A stretch of 38,851 nt of DNA from a virus (lineage: Duplodnaviria > Caudoviricetes). The stretch is from IMG/VR virus record IMGVR_UViG_3300025687_000123, positions 1 through 38,851 of that record; one strand, written 5' to 3'. Of the stretch, positions 1-9,309 are shown piece after piece. Made by a program: the position numbers and the translations under genes. Every line of letters starts with the position of its first letter. The stretch's first letter is position 1. The notes beneath the pieces were generated by a model, which was not told the DNA's origin, made no database searches, and saw nothing but the letters and a program-made list of their open reading frames with translations.

Positions 1-2718
1 AGTAGAAACATCAAACCCTGTACCTAATGTATACTCGTTGACGTCATCTCCATCATCGCCAACAATAAACATCTTAGTTCCATCTGTGTTAAAGGCTATT
101 CCTGTTGGGGATATTTCTTGTGCCGAAAGAGAAAAATTTTGTGAGTATGTAGCTGTTGAAACGTCAAACCCTGTTCCTAGTGTGTATTCATATACTTTGT
201 CATTGCCACTGCCAACAATAAACATTTTTGTTCCATCAGTATTAAATGCTATTTCTTGTGGAGATGAATCTTCTGAACCTACTGAAAAATTTTGAGAATA
301 TGTGGCTGTGGATATATCAAACTGATCGGTAACATCAACAGCACCTTCCATAGCCTCCTGCAAAGCACTCAGTTCTGTATTAGTGCTTGCCGCTGTCCAG
401 GTCTCCGAACCGTAGGTTGAGTTAGAGTTGTATTCCCAAGTACCACCATTGTTCCTGACAATGTCTCTCTCGCCGTCTGTGTTATCAATAACAGTCCACG
501 TTGTTCTGTCGTCTGTAGAGACTGCGTAATAGACATTCCCATCACCTGCGCTTTCATCAGCAGTCATGGAGTTAATGTCAGTCCAGTAGGTAGAGTCTAT
601 TGAGGCTGTTGTGTGGGCTGCGTTGTAGCCTGAAGTAATTACTACTGAGCCAACATTGTATTCGTTGACGTCATCTCCAACAGTACCAACAATAAACATT
701 TTATTGCCATAAGTGTTAAAGGCTATTCCTCTTGGCTGTGTTTCTTGTGAGGAAACGGAAAAGTTTTGAGAGTAAGTAGCTGTAGAAACGTCAAACCCTG
801 TTCCTAATGTGTATTCGGTTACGTCGTCTCCATCAAGACCAACAATAAACATTTTAGTTCCATCAGCGTTAAATGCTATGTCTGTTGGGTTTGTTTCTTG
901 TGAAGATACAGAAAACGAATCGACAAAAGTAGCTGTGGATACATCAAACCCAGTTCCTAGTGTGTACTCGTTAACGTCATCTCCAGCGGTTCCAACAATA
1001 AACATCTTAGTGCCGTCAGAATTAAATGCAATTCCTTGCAAAGATATTTCTTGTGCAGATACTGAAAAGGCATCTACAAAAGTAGCTGTAGATACGTTAA
1101 ACCCTGTTCCTAGCGTGTATTCATTGACGTTTTGTCCAGCAAGACCAACTATAAACATCTTGGTTCCGTCAGTGTTAAATGCTATTCCTGTTGGACTTGT
1201 TTCTTGTGCAGATACAGAAAAATTTTGAGAATAAGAAGCTGTTGAAACGTCAAATCCTGTACTAAGCGTGTACTCATTTACGTCTTGACCAGTATAACCA
1301 AGAATAAACATTTTAGTGCCGTCGTTGTTAAATGCTATTCCAGATGGGTCTGTTTCTTGTGCAGATACGGAAAAAGCGTCAACAAAACTTGCAGTGCTAA
1401 CATCAAACACACCGACAAGAGTGCCACTCAACTCCAAATCACCATCAGTGGTGTTATACACTAAGGCGTACATCTCCCAATCACCTGAAGCTACTTGGGC
1501 GTAGGAAGAAGGGGCTGTGGTTTCTACAAAGGCACCACCTGTAGATGTGAGGACAAACTCACCAGAGTTAGCGTAGATTGTCTTGCCTACGTCCGCTGAG
1601 GCGAATGAGCCTGTGCCGAGTGTTACAGATGTTGGTGTAAGATCGTATTCGTTTACGTCATCCCCAGTGCTTCCAACAATAAACATTTTAGTACCGTCGG
1701 TGTTAAAGGCTATTCCTGTTGGGCCTGTGTCTTGTGCAGATACGGAAAAGTTTTGGGAGTATGTTGCTGTTGAAACATCAAATCCTGTGCTTAATGTGTA
1801 TTCGTTAACATTATCTCCAGCATTACCAAGAATAAACATTTTGGTTCCATCGGTATTAAAGGCTATTCCTTTTGGGCTTGTGTCTTGTGAAGATACAGAA
1901 AATGCGTCAACAAAAGTAGCTGTAGAAACATCAAAACCTGTGCCTAGTGTGTATTCGTTGACATCTTGTCCAGTACTGCCAACAATAAACATTTTAGTTC
2001 CATCATTGTTAAAGGCTATTCCTACTGGGCCGGTGTCTTGTGCAGATACAGAAAAGTTTTGTGAGTAACTAGCAGTAGAAACATCAAATCCTGTTCCTAG
2101 TGTGTACTCGTTGACGTCATCTCCACTATATCCAACAATAAACATTTTCGTTCCATCTGTATTAAAGGCTATTCCTTGTGGAGTTGCTTCTTGTGCTGAT
2201 ACAGAAAAGTTTTGAGAGTATGTAGCCGTAGATACGTCAAAGCCTGTGCTAAGAGTATATTCATTTACGTCTTGCCCTGCGAAACCAACAATAAACATCT
2301 TGGTGCCGTCTGTATTGAACGCTATATCTTGTGGGGTTGTATCTTGTGAAGATACGGAAAAGTTTTGAGAATACGTGGCAGTAGAGACACCAAACGCAAC
2401 AAAGTCCAACGTAGTCGCAGGAGCGCTATTTACTCTGGTGTAGTTTTCAGCAGTTGAGTTGACGTCCCAAGAATTATTCGTTACGCCTGTTTGGGGGACT
2501 TCTTTAGTCACAGAAACAACAGGCGCAAGCACTGAGCTAGTCAGGTTTATGGTAGATGACTCGCCAGTAGTGAAGGTCTTGGTTAGTGTGCCACTGGTAA
2601 CAGAGATGTTATCTACCGCAGTAGTCAGCGTGTTAAGCTGAGACTGTACGTCAGAGGTAACATTGTCAATGTAGTTAATCGTTGCCGCGCTATCGGCTAT
2701 GTCTCGTGACTTGCTCAT
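1..2718 (-). CDS. Beta-propeller repeat receptor-binding/tail protein, allele A (runs off the left edge; missing from the ORF track)
   Basis: ATG at 2718 (MSKSRDIADSAATINYIDNVTSDVQSQLN...) just after the chaperone stop at 2721. Carries about 51-aa repeats of the type FDVSTATYSQNFSVSAQETxPxGIAFNTDGTKMFIVGxxGDDVNEYTLGTG, arranged as 5+5+at least 2, collinear with the 35775-38786 ORF. Confidence 0.85.
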   Translation of the reverse strand, partial: MSKSRDIADSAATINYIDNVTSDVQSQLNTLTTAVDNISVTSGTLTKTFTTGESSTINLTSSVLAPVVSVTKEVPQTGVTNNSWDVNSTAENYTRVNSAPATTLDFVAFGVSTATYSQNFSVSSQDTTPQDIAFNTDGTKMFIVGFAGQDVNEYTLSTGFDVSTATYSQNFSVSAQEATPQGIAFNTDGTKMFIVGYSGDDVNEYTLGTGFDVSTASYSQNFSVSAQDTGPVGIAFNNDGTKMFIVGSTGQDVNEYTLGTGFDVSTATFVDAFSVSSQDTSPKGIAFNTDGTKMFILGNAGDNVNEYTLSTGFDVSTATYSQNFSVSAQDTGPTGIAFNTDGTKMFIVGSTGDDVNEYDLTPTSVTLGTGSFASADVGKTIYANSGEFVLTSTGGAFVETTAPSSYAQVASGDWEMYALVYNTTDGDLELSGTLVGVFDVSTASFVDAFSVSAQETDPSGIAFNNDGTKMFILGYTGQDVNEYTLSTGFDVSTASYSQNFSVSAQETSPTGIAFNTDGTKMFIVGLAGQNVNEYTLGTGFNVSTATFVDAFSVSAQEISLQGIAFNSDGTKMFIVGTAGDDVNEYTLGTGFDVSTATFVDSFSVSSQETNPTDIAFNADGTKMFIVGLDGDDVTEYTLGTGFDVSTATYSQNFSVSSQETQPRGIAFNTYGNKMFIVGTVGDDVNEYNVGSVVITSGYNAAHTTASIDSTYWTDINSMTADESAGDGNVYYAVSTDDRTTWTVIDNTDGERDIVRNNGGTWEYNSNSTYGSETWTAASTNTELSALQEAMEGAVDVTDQFDISTATYSQNFSVGSEDSSPQEIAFNTDGTKMFIVGSGNDKVYEYTLGTGFDVSTATYSQNFSLSAQEISPTGIAFNTDGTKMFIVGDDGDDVNEYTLGTGFDVST
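2237..2363. repeat. 127-bp exact repeat, copy 1 (identical to 38725-38851)
   Basis: Base-by-base identity at offset 36,488; first mismatch is 2236 (g) versus 38724 (a). Confidence 0.95.
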
Positions 2719-2720
2719 CG

Positions 2721-3008
2721 TTATACCTCTGGTTCTGTAGGCCAAGTGACTTCGTTAGGAAATCCTGCTTGCTCTGGAATATCTCTCAATGCTTGGCGGT
2801 ATGTCGCCCATGCTGCTTTATCTACTGGCGCGTCTGCTACCTGTGTCCAGTCTGACTCTGTTAGTTTAGCATCTCGCTCTGTGCGAATCTCAGCAGCAGC
2901 GCGGTCATTAGCGCCTGCTGCCCACTCTGCTTCTTTGGCGTCCCATTCAGCTTCTTCTTCGGGAGTAAACGGGATTTTTATTCCATCTATTGAATGAAAA
3001 CGAGTCAT
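2721..3008 (-). CDS. Tail fibre assembly chaperone
   Basis: 95 aa with IRTERDAKLTESDWTQVAD...WATYRQALRDIPEQAGFP.EVTWPT.P motif; directly downstream of the tail fibre; GGAG RBS. Confidence 0.85.
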   Translation of the reverse strand: MTRFHSIDGIKIPFTPEEEAEWDAKEAEWAAGANDRAAAEIRTERDAKLTESDWTQVADAPVDKAAWATYRQALRDIPEQAGFPNEVTWPTEPEV

Positions 3009-3017
3009 GTTTTACTC

Positions 3018-5684
3018 CTAAGAATTTTTAAGACCATAAAGGTAAAGATAGCCGCCGTTTGTAGAGTTCCAACCACCGGATTGATCAATCTCAAAACCTG
3101 TTAAGCTATCAGTATTTGAATCGTAATGACGACCTGTTATGATTTGATATCCTCCGCTTATAGTGTAGTAAATATAATAATCATTAAATGAGTGTTTATT
3201 TTCTGCCCAAACATTAACCTCATAACTACTACTAACACCAGTAGGTTGGTTTGGCCCCCATCCTAAATAGGTTCTAGAAGTTAAATTCGCAAAAGTATAG
3301 TTGCTTTGTAGAAAAAAATAGTCATAGTTTGTAGTTTTTGTAGCGCCTCCCCGTTGAAGTCGTATAATTGGACTTGTACCCTGAGGCACAACTTCACTAA
3401 ATACTAATTTGTATTGAGAATAAGTATTTGAAGTAACCCCAGAGGTAAGAGTAACCGTACTAACTCCTGTTAAATTTGTAGCAGAAATTAATTCCCAAGC
3501 CCCACCACCAGCAGGAGCTACAGACTGCCAAGTTGTTCCATTAGAAGTTAAAACATTACCAGACGTACTTGGTGCTACCGTTAATGGGGCAGATGTTCCA
3601 TTACCTAATAGAACACTATTCGCGGTCAATGTAGTTGCGCCAGTACCGCCATTTGCTACAGGTAATGTTCCTGTTATTTCAGAAGAAACATCTACTGCAT
3701 CCCAAGAAGCTGCCGATCCGTCTGTCGTTAAAAACTTACCAGAATTACCTGTTTGACTTGGCAAAGAATCAATGTTGTCTATCTGTGTTTGAATGTTAGA
3801 CGTAACACCATCAACGTAATTAAGCTCTGTTGCTGTGGCAGTAAGGCCAAGGTTAGTTAGAGCTGCATCAGAATCTGCTAGGTCAGATAAGTTATTTGCG
3901 GTAGCTGCGTAGTCACTTGTTGCCGCTGTGGCAATCGAGCCAAGGCCAAGATTAGTTCGAGCTGTGGCTGCGCTATCAAGATCAGACAGGTTATTTGATT
4001 GCTGTGTGTATCGAGCGTCACTCTGAGCCTGTGTGTACACATCAGCTACATTGAACGCACCGTAGGCAATGATAGATACGTTATCGCCTGTTACTGCGCC
4101 TGTGGTTAAAACAATCGTAGCACCATCGGTAGCTGTGAAGTCTGTGGTAGGAATCAGCTTAGAGCCGTTTAAGTAGACATCAACAAAGCCCACATCGTAG
4201 GTAGCTGAGAAGTTAGTCTGGCCTGAAGTAGCGACATACTCTTGACGCTCTGCTGTGCCGTTTACTGCACTACCTGCGGCTGCCCACGATGAGCCTGAGT
4301 AGACAAACATCGTGTTAGAGACAGTATTGAAGTACAAAGCACCCGCTACTAGCGGATCGCCATCATTGTCTACAGTTGGCGCCGTAGACTTTGCGCCAAG
4401 GTAAATGTCGTCAAACTCATCAAATGAGGCCGCTGCCGCCGTGGCCGATCCGGCTGCTGCTGTAGCAGAGCTGGCCGCTGAAGTAGCCGATCCTGCTGCC
4501 GCTGTAGCTGAAGAGGCTGCCGCTGTGGCACTGGTAGACGCATTTGAGGCGCTTGTAGAGGCCGCTGACGCGCTGTTAGCCGCATTGGTCTCTGATGTAG
4601 CCGCTGCACTCTGTGAGGCCGCTGACGCCGTTTCTGAAGCCGCTGCTGCTGTCTCTGAGGCTGCTGCGTTGGTTTCCGAAGTAGAAGCCGCACTAGCACT
4701 CGCTGCTGCGTTAGTCTCAGAGGTAGAAGCTGCACTGGCACTCGCTGCCGCCGCTGTCTCACTCGCCGCTGCGTTTGTTTCTGACGTAGAAGCTGCTGAG
4801 GCGCTTGCTGCTGCATTTGTTTCGCTTGTGGCTGCTGCACTCTCACTAGCCGCTGCTGCTGTCTCGGATGCTGCTGCTGCCGTCTCACTCGCTGCCGCTG
4901 CGGTTTCCGATGCTGCTGCCGCTGTTTCACTAGCTGCTGCTGCTGTGGCTGAATTAGCCGCTGCCGTAGCACTGGCTGCTGCCGCTGCTGAAGTGCCTAC
5001 CCAGTAAGAAGGTGACGTAGCAGGATCGTTACCAGTGTTAGAGTTCTGGAGAGATGTATACAGAATACCGTCTGTGCCGACTACGTTCTGGTCTTCAGAG
5101 TAAGTCGCTGTGGCTACCCACATGAAGTTTAGTGGAGCCCAGTAAGTTGTGGCAGATGCTGGGTTGTTGTTTAGATTTGAAGACTGCAGAGACTGATACT
5201 GAGTTGATCCATAAAGAACCACGTCTCCAGCAGAATAGGTAATGCCTGAGTTCCACTCGACTGAGTACAGGAGCGTCCAGTACCCACTGGTGCTTGTCGG
5301 ATTGTTATTTTGATTTGCAGATACCAAGGATCGGTAATAAACGCCGTCGCTACCGATGACAACAGAATTGGTAGAATAGATCCTAGTAGCAACCCACGGA
5401 TCACCGAAGCTTGACGCGGTCTCGCCTACAGGATCCCGACTCAGGATCTGCACGTCATTCTTGTCAGCCAGAATCGCCTTTGCATTTCCATTGAAGAAAA
5501 TGTTAGGCTGGCGACCTGCAGCCGTCAGCACAACAGGATGCGGGTTCGGAACCGTAAAGTTAATGTCGGCGTATGTTACCTTTGGAGTCGTGGTGCCAGA
5601 CTCGTAAAAGTACAGCTTTCCACTGCCTAGCGGATCACCAGCATCGTCAAAGTATTGTGCGTTGATCTCACCGAATCGTGCCAT
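3018..5684 (-). CDS. Tail fibre protein (888 aa)
   Basis: N-terminal virion-attachment-type segment (GDPLGSGKLYFYESGTTTP), three CBM5/12-like repeats (W.a...Y....V.g.DG..Y.SL...N.nn.P.....W), a SETAAAA heptad stalk, fibre motifs (NLSDL...ATARTNLGLG, GTLPVANGGTGAT) and an AT-rich C-terminal tip domain. Confidence 0.85.
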   Translation of the reverse strand: MARFGEINAQYFDDAGDPLGSGKLYFYESGTTTPKVTYADINFTVPNPHPVVLTAAGRQPNIFFNGNAKAILADKNDVQILSRDPVGETASSFGDPWVATRIYSTNSVVIGSDGVYYRSLVSANQNNNPTSTSGYWTLLYSVEWNSGITYSAGDVVLYGSTQYQSLQSSNLNNNPASATTYWAPLNFMWVATATYSEDQNVVGTDGILYTSLQNSNTGNDPATSPSYWVGTSAAAAASATAAANSATAAAASETAAAASETAAAASETAAAASETAAAASESAAATSETNAAASASAASTSETNAAASETAAAASASAASTSETNAAASASAASTSETNAAASETAAAASETASAASQSAAATSETNAANSASAASTSASNASTSATAAASSATAAAGSATSAASSATAAAGSATAAAASFDEFDDIYLGAKSTAPTVDNDGDPLVAGALYFNTVSNTMFVYSGSSWAAAGSAVNGTAERQEYVATSGQTNFSATYDVGFVDVYLNGSKLIPTTDFTATDGATIVLTTGAVTGDNVSIIAYGAFNVADVYTQAQSDARYTQQSNNLSDLDSAATARTNLGLGSIATAATSDYAATANNLSDLADSDAALTNLGLTATATELNYVDGVTSNIQTQIDNIDSLPSQTGNSGKFLTTDGSAASWDAVDVSSEITGTLPVANGGTGATTLTANSVLLGNGTSAPLTVAPSTSGNVLTSNGTTWQSVAPAGGGAWELISATNLTGVSTVTLTSGVTSNTYSQYKLVFSEVVPQGTSPIIRLQRGGATKTTNYDYFFLQSNYTFANLTSRTYLGWGPNQPTGVSSSYEVNVWAENKHSFNDYYIYYTISGGYQIITGRHYDSNTDSLTGFEIDQSGGWNSTNGGYLYLYGLKNS
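4430..4990 (-). repeat. Degenerate 21-nt coding repeat (SETAAAA / SETNAAA / SATAAAG heptads)
   Basis: Visible in the 888-aa translation and as gctgctgcc-rich DNA. Confidence 0.85.
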
Positions 5685-7939
5685 TATCTCATTTCCTCAT
5701 TCAGCGTTGCGGCAGTTACCGCGCCAGTTGTTCCGCCAGCAGTTCCAACGCGTGGGCTTATTCTCACCGCCTGCTCTGCTACTCGCTCTGCAATCGGAGC
5801 GGCACCAGATACTGCCCGCCTTTCTGCGCCAGCGCGTCGGGCAGACTGTATAATAGATCCAGCCATGTCCAATAGTCCTTGGCTGAGACGGCCAGCCATG
5901 CCGCGTACAGTCCGTTCCAGCTGTTGTACTGCCTGGCCAGTTGGCCCAGATCCTTGTATTTTACCACCGATTGGCTCAATAATTTTGCTCAGCGAAAGCA
6001 TATCGTCAAGGAATTGCAGCTCGTCTTTATTGAAGATAATCTTCAGTTTGTCGCGGCCAATCCTAGTGTTGAGCATGTTCTCCAGCGCAGCTCTAGACAG
6101 TGACTGACCACCAAGCTCGTCAAGCGGGCCTTTGAAGACGCTGTCTCTAATGTAGGCAATAGTCTCAGCCTTCAGGTCTCGCCACGCAGCAGCCCCGACA
6201 GGATTGATAGTTCCTTCTCGACCTACAATGTAATTTTTCAGCGCACGCAGATCTGCAGCAGTGTAGCCTTTCGACGCGACTACTCTTTCAAAAACGCGCT
6301 CCGCTGGGATCCTTTCTTCCAGCAGGTCACGAATCAGGCTCTTCTGGTTTCGTGAGAATTTGCTCAGCTGATCTGGATCCAGGCCGCGCCTAAACTCGGC
6401 GTAGGCATTTCTGGCAGTTTCATAAGCATCATCACCAAGAGCGAGTCCTACATCCTGATCGAGCGCTTCTTTAACGTCGCTAATTATCCTGTTGCTAGTA
6501 GAAGCAGTTCCATCAAGAGCGGTGTTTGGAGCGTATAGATCATTGGCTGTCTGGCGGATTGTCTCTGCCTGACGCGGAGTCACCATAATAGGATCGTCAA
6601 GCTTTGTGATATCAACACCGAAGTCTCGTTTAATCTGTCCAATCAGCGCAGCGTATGTGCCTCCAGACTTCTGATTGTAAATCTTGTTGTCCAGCAGCGC
6701 CCGAATATATCCGCGGATATCAATCGATGGTGTATCTGGATACATTTCATTGGCACGCTGATAGAGAACGCTGATCTCGTTATCAAGCTTCAATGCTTTA
6801 TCGATAACCGCCTGCTGTAACGGAGAAGTCTCTGCTCTAACAGCGCCGCCAGTTCCAGCCTCGGCAGTTTCAAACGCTCTGCGAAGTTGCTGCTGTTGTG
6901 ATTCCAGAGCAGACCGCACTGATCCTGTTTCCTTGGCAAGATCCTGCTGCACGGTAAAGTCGTCAGCAGTTCTGGTAACCTGTGCGCGTGTAGGCTCAAT
7001 TCCCATACGTTTAAACAGGTTATAGCGCTCCATCTGCGCTGGAGTTGCCTGGCCAGATGTAATGTACTCATCCATCATTCTGGCAAATTGCTGCATCTGC
7101 GAAGCGTTTAAAGCTCCAGACTCTGCCTCGTCGATCATCGCGTTGAATACTTGATTGTCGATGTCCTGAGAGCTTGCGGTCTGCCGCATTTCGCGAATTG
7201 CTTCAGGCTTGAATTGACCTGTTCTTTCGTCAAGAACATTGGCAACGGCAGCCGCACGCTTACCTGTCAGCCTGTTATATACTCTTGCGCCGATGTTGAA
7301 TAAACCACGACCGAACACGTCACCAGCCATCACCAGCAAAGGAGTCGTCGCAAGCCTGCTAACCTCGACATCTTCTCCGGCCATAGAGCGGCCAAGCTGC
7401 TCTACGCCTTCTGTAGCCAGGCCGACAGCGCCTTGATAGGCGACCTGAGCTGCAGGACGCGTAATACCGCCGCCGGTCATGTACGGTGCAGCCTCTTTAA
7501 TAAATCCCATTGTACCTCTGACAGCGCGTGGTATATCACCGATACTCAATCCGCCTCGGTTCAGGTAACGACGCTCACCAGCTGGAGTCTCAACAATCGG
7601 ACGGCCATATCTGTCAGTTGTGACCTGCGCACCGACGTACTTTCCAAACAAGCCTTTACCAGCCTCGATCCACGGACTCGAGCCCAGTTCATCGATATAT
7701 GACTGAGCCTCTGCCGGATCTGTTGGCATACGAAGAGAAAGCTCTACCTCTGGGTAGTCTTCTTGGAAACGCGGAGAAACAGCCTCGCGGACAGCGCCCA
7801 TTACACCTCTACGCGGAATAATGAGACCATCACTAATCGCAGCATCCAGCAGAGCGCGGCTTTCTTCGTTCAACTCGTTCTCTCTGCGGGTGTCTACTGC
7901 TTCTTGTAGTCCTGCGAGTATTTCTGCGCGTGTCACCAT
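5684..7939 (-). CDS. Large DNA ejection/pilot protein (positional equivalent of P22 gp16)
   Basis: 751 aa, mostly helical composition; last of four coupled genes between the GNAT and the tail fibre. Called from synteny. Confidence 0.6.
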   Translation of the reverse strand: MVTRAEILAGLQEAVDTRRENELNEESRALLDAAISDGLIIPRRGVMGAVREAVSPRFQEDYPEVELSLRMPTDPAEAQSYIDELGSSPWIEAGKGLFGKYVGAQVTTDRYGRPIVETPAGERRYLNRGGLSIGDIPRAVRGTMGFIKEAAPYMTGGGITRPAAQVAYQGAVGLATEGVEQLGRSMAGEDVEVSRLATTPLLVMAGDVFGRGLFNIGARVYNRLTGKRAAAVANVLDERTGQFKPEAIREMRQTASSQDIDNQVFNAMIDEAESGALNASQMQQFARMMDEYITSGQATPAQMERYNLFKRMGIEPTRAQVTRTADDFTVQQDLAKETGSVRSALESQQQQLRRAFETAEAGTGGAVRAETSPLQQAVIDKALKLDNEISVLYQRANEMYPDTPSIDIRGYIRALLDNKIYNQKSGGTYAALIGQIKRDFGVDITKLDDPIMVTPRQAETIRQTANDLYAPNTALDGTASTSNRIISDVKEALDQDVGLALGDDAYETARNAYAEFRRGLDPDQLSKFSRNQKSLIRDLLEERIPAERVFERVVASKGYTAADLRALKNYIVGREGTINPVGAAAWRDLKAETIAYIRDSVFKGPLDELGGQSLSRAALENMLNTRIGRDKLKIIFNKDELQFLDDMLSLSKIIEPIGGKIQGSGPTGQAVQQLERTVRGMAGRLSQGLLDMAGSIIQSARRAGAERRAVSGAAPIAERVAEQAVRISPRVGTAGGTTGAVTAATLNEEMR

Positions 7940-9306
7940 TAGCCTGATACTCCAAATCCTGCATTTATCAGTGCGTCGAATGCTCCACCTTGACCAGTTG
8001 AGAATGTTGGCAGAGCAGCGTCGATTTCCTCATCAGTCATATCGAATTTTTCTTTCAGGCGATTAGATAGAATTCGCTCAATTTCGCTCATTCTTGCTCT
8101 GAGAAGAGCTGGATCACTGGTTCTCTTCAAACCACTAGCGGCGTCCCGAATCAGACGGATATCACTTTCGCTCAATACGCCGGTCATGCGTCCCAAGTTA
8201 CCCATAGTCAGAAGGCTGTTCAGGTTATCGAAGTCATCGGCAAAGCTTTGCACTTGCTGCGGGCTTGCGCCAAAAGGAAGGTACGTTGTCCAGCTTGCGC
8301 CTTCAGCCGAACCTTCGATCGGCCCAGTTGCGGCCTTGTAGACCTTTTCGCTGTAAACCGCTGGGTTCAGCAGCCTGCCACGCAACAGACCGAGCGCCAT
8401 CATGGCCTCGTTCTGAACCATAGACTGCCGCTCATCCGCTTCACGCTGTTCTCTTTCCGCTGCTTGAGCGGCTCTTGTTTCCTGAGCGGTTCGCCTTTCT
8501 TCTTCAGCGGCTCGCCTTGCTTCTTCAGCAGCAGCACGCTCGCGCTCTAGTCTTGTTTGTTCTTGCTCAGCACGAAGTATGGCTGCCTCCTGAGCGCTCA
8601 GACCAGCATAACTGTCCGGTGCAGGCTGTTGCATTCTCAGAGGCGGACGCACTTGTTCGGCCTGCGGAGCGCTAGGCACGGGATCTCCAAACTGCGCAAT
8701 ACGTCCTGTACGCATCATGTCAGCGATCGCGCCTACGCTGTAACCGGCGTATGGGCCTGTGGCATACCTCTGAATATCATCAGCGCCGGTATAGGTTTCT
8801 GGTTTAGGCGGAGTTGGTGCGCCTGCGCCTGCAGCCTCTTTGAACACATAACCGCCAGAAGCATCAGGCATCACGGTTCCTATTCGGCCAGATGGATCTG
8901 TTGTAATGTACTTGGACTCGATTGGAGCCGGAGCAGAGATCAGTCCTTGTCGCTTCGCTGCGTCCAGGAATGTATTTACTTCGCTCAATGCTCTTTGAGG
9001 ATTTCCTTGGATGATCATGTCTCGCAATGCGTAAGTGTCAGATGCGTCCTCACCCATTTGCTCCAGAAGGTTAGCCCGATCCACCAATCGCTCAATGGCC
9101 TGCCTCTGGTTATTTCCGGCCAGATCTCTCTGCAGTTCTTGCGCGTCCTGAAGCGTTGCCCGAGTAAGCTGCTCTTGACGACGCTCTCTACTAAAGCGTG
9201 GCTCTCTACCAAATACTCCGGCAGCAAAGCCTTCTCGGATATCTCCAAATACTTCTCTGCCTGTTCTCTTCCGCGCAGTTGGGATGTCGTATAGATTCTC
9301 GGCCAT
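7939..9306 (-). CDS. DNA ejection protein (positional equivalent of P22 gp20)
   Basis: 455 aa with a charged coiled coil and C-terminal LGRMTGVLSESDIRLI...ASGL motif of the kind seen in podophage injection proteins; synteny. Confidence 0.6.
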   Translation of the reverse strand: MAENLYDIPTARKRTGREVFGDIREGFAAGVFGREPRFSRERRQEQLTRATLQDAQELQRDLAGNNQRQAIERLVDRANLLEQMGEDASDTYALRDMIIQGNPQRALSEVNTFLDAAKRQGLISAPAPIESKYITTDPSGRIGTVMPDASGGYVFKEAAGAGAPTPPKPETYTGADDIQRYATGPYAGYSVGAIADMMRTGRIAQFGDPVPSAPQAEQVRPPLRMQQPAPDSYAGLSAQEAAILRAEQEQTRLERERAAAEEARRAAEEERRTAQETRAAQAAEREQREADERQSMVQNEAMMALGLLRGRLLNPAVYSEKVYKAATGPIEGSAEGASWTTYLPFGASPQQVQSFADDFDNLNSLLTMGNLGRMTGVLSESDIRLIRDAASGLKRTSDPALLRARMSEIERILSNRLKEKFDMTDEEIDAALPTFSTGQGGAFDALINAGFGVSG

Positions 9307-9309
9307 GTT

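Noticed and set aside
1-2363. Invertible tail-fibre cassette (Gin/Cin type)
   Set aside because: The copies are in direct orientation and no site-specific recombinase was recognised.
1-2400. 153-bp periodic repeats as a CRISPR array
   Set aside because: They are degenerate in-frame coding repeats with synonymous variation, no unique spacers and no cas genes.
38-2641. + strand ORFs with PTINILVPS repeats (also 36799-38550)
   Set aside because: Antisense shadows of the minus-strand propeller gene.
4370-5007. Two 200-aa Gln/Arg-rich and Ala-rich ORFs
   Set aside because: Alternative-frame and antisense readings of the low-complexity SETAAAA repeat.
8557-9294. Long + strand ORFs opposite structural genes (also 13166-13801, 16280-16987, 18869-19552, 21477-22322)
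   Set aside because: Lie antisense to well-supported genes, with no recognisable motifs.
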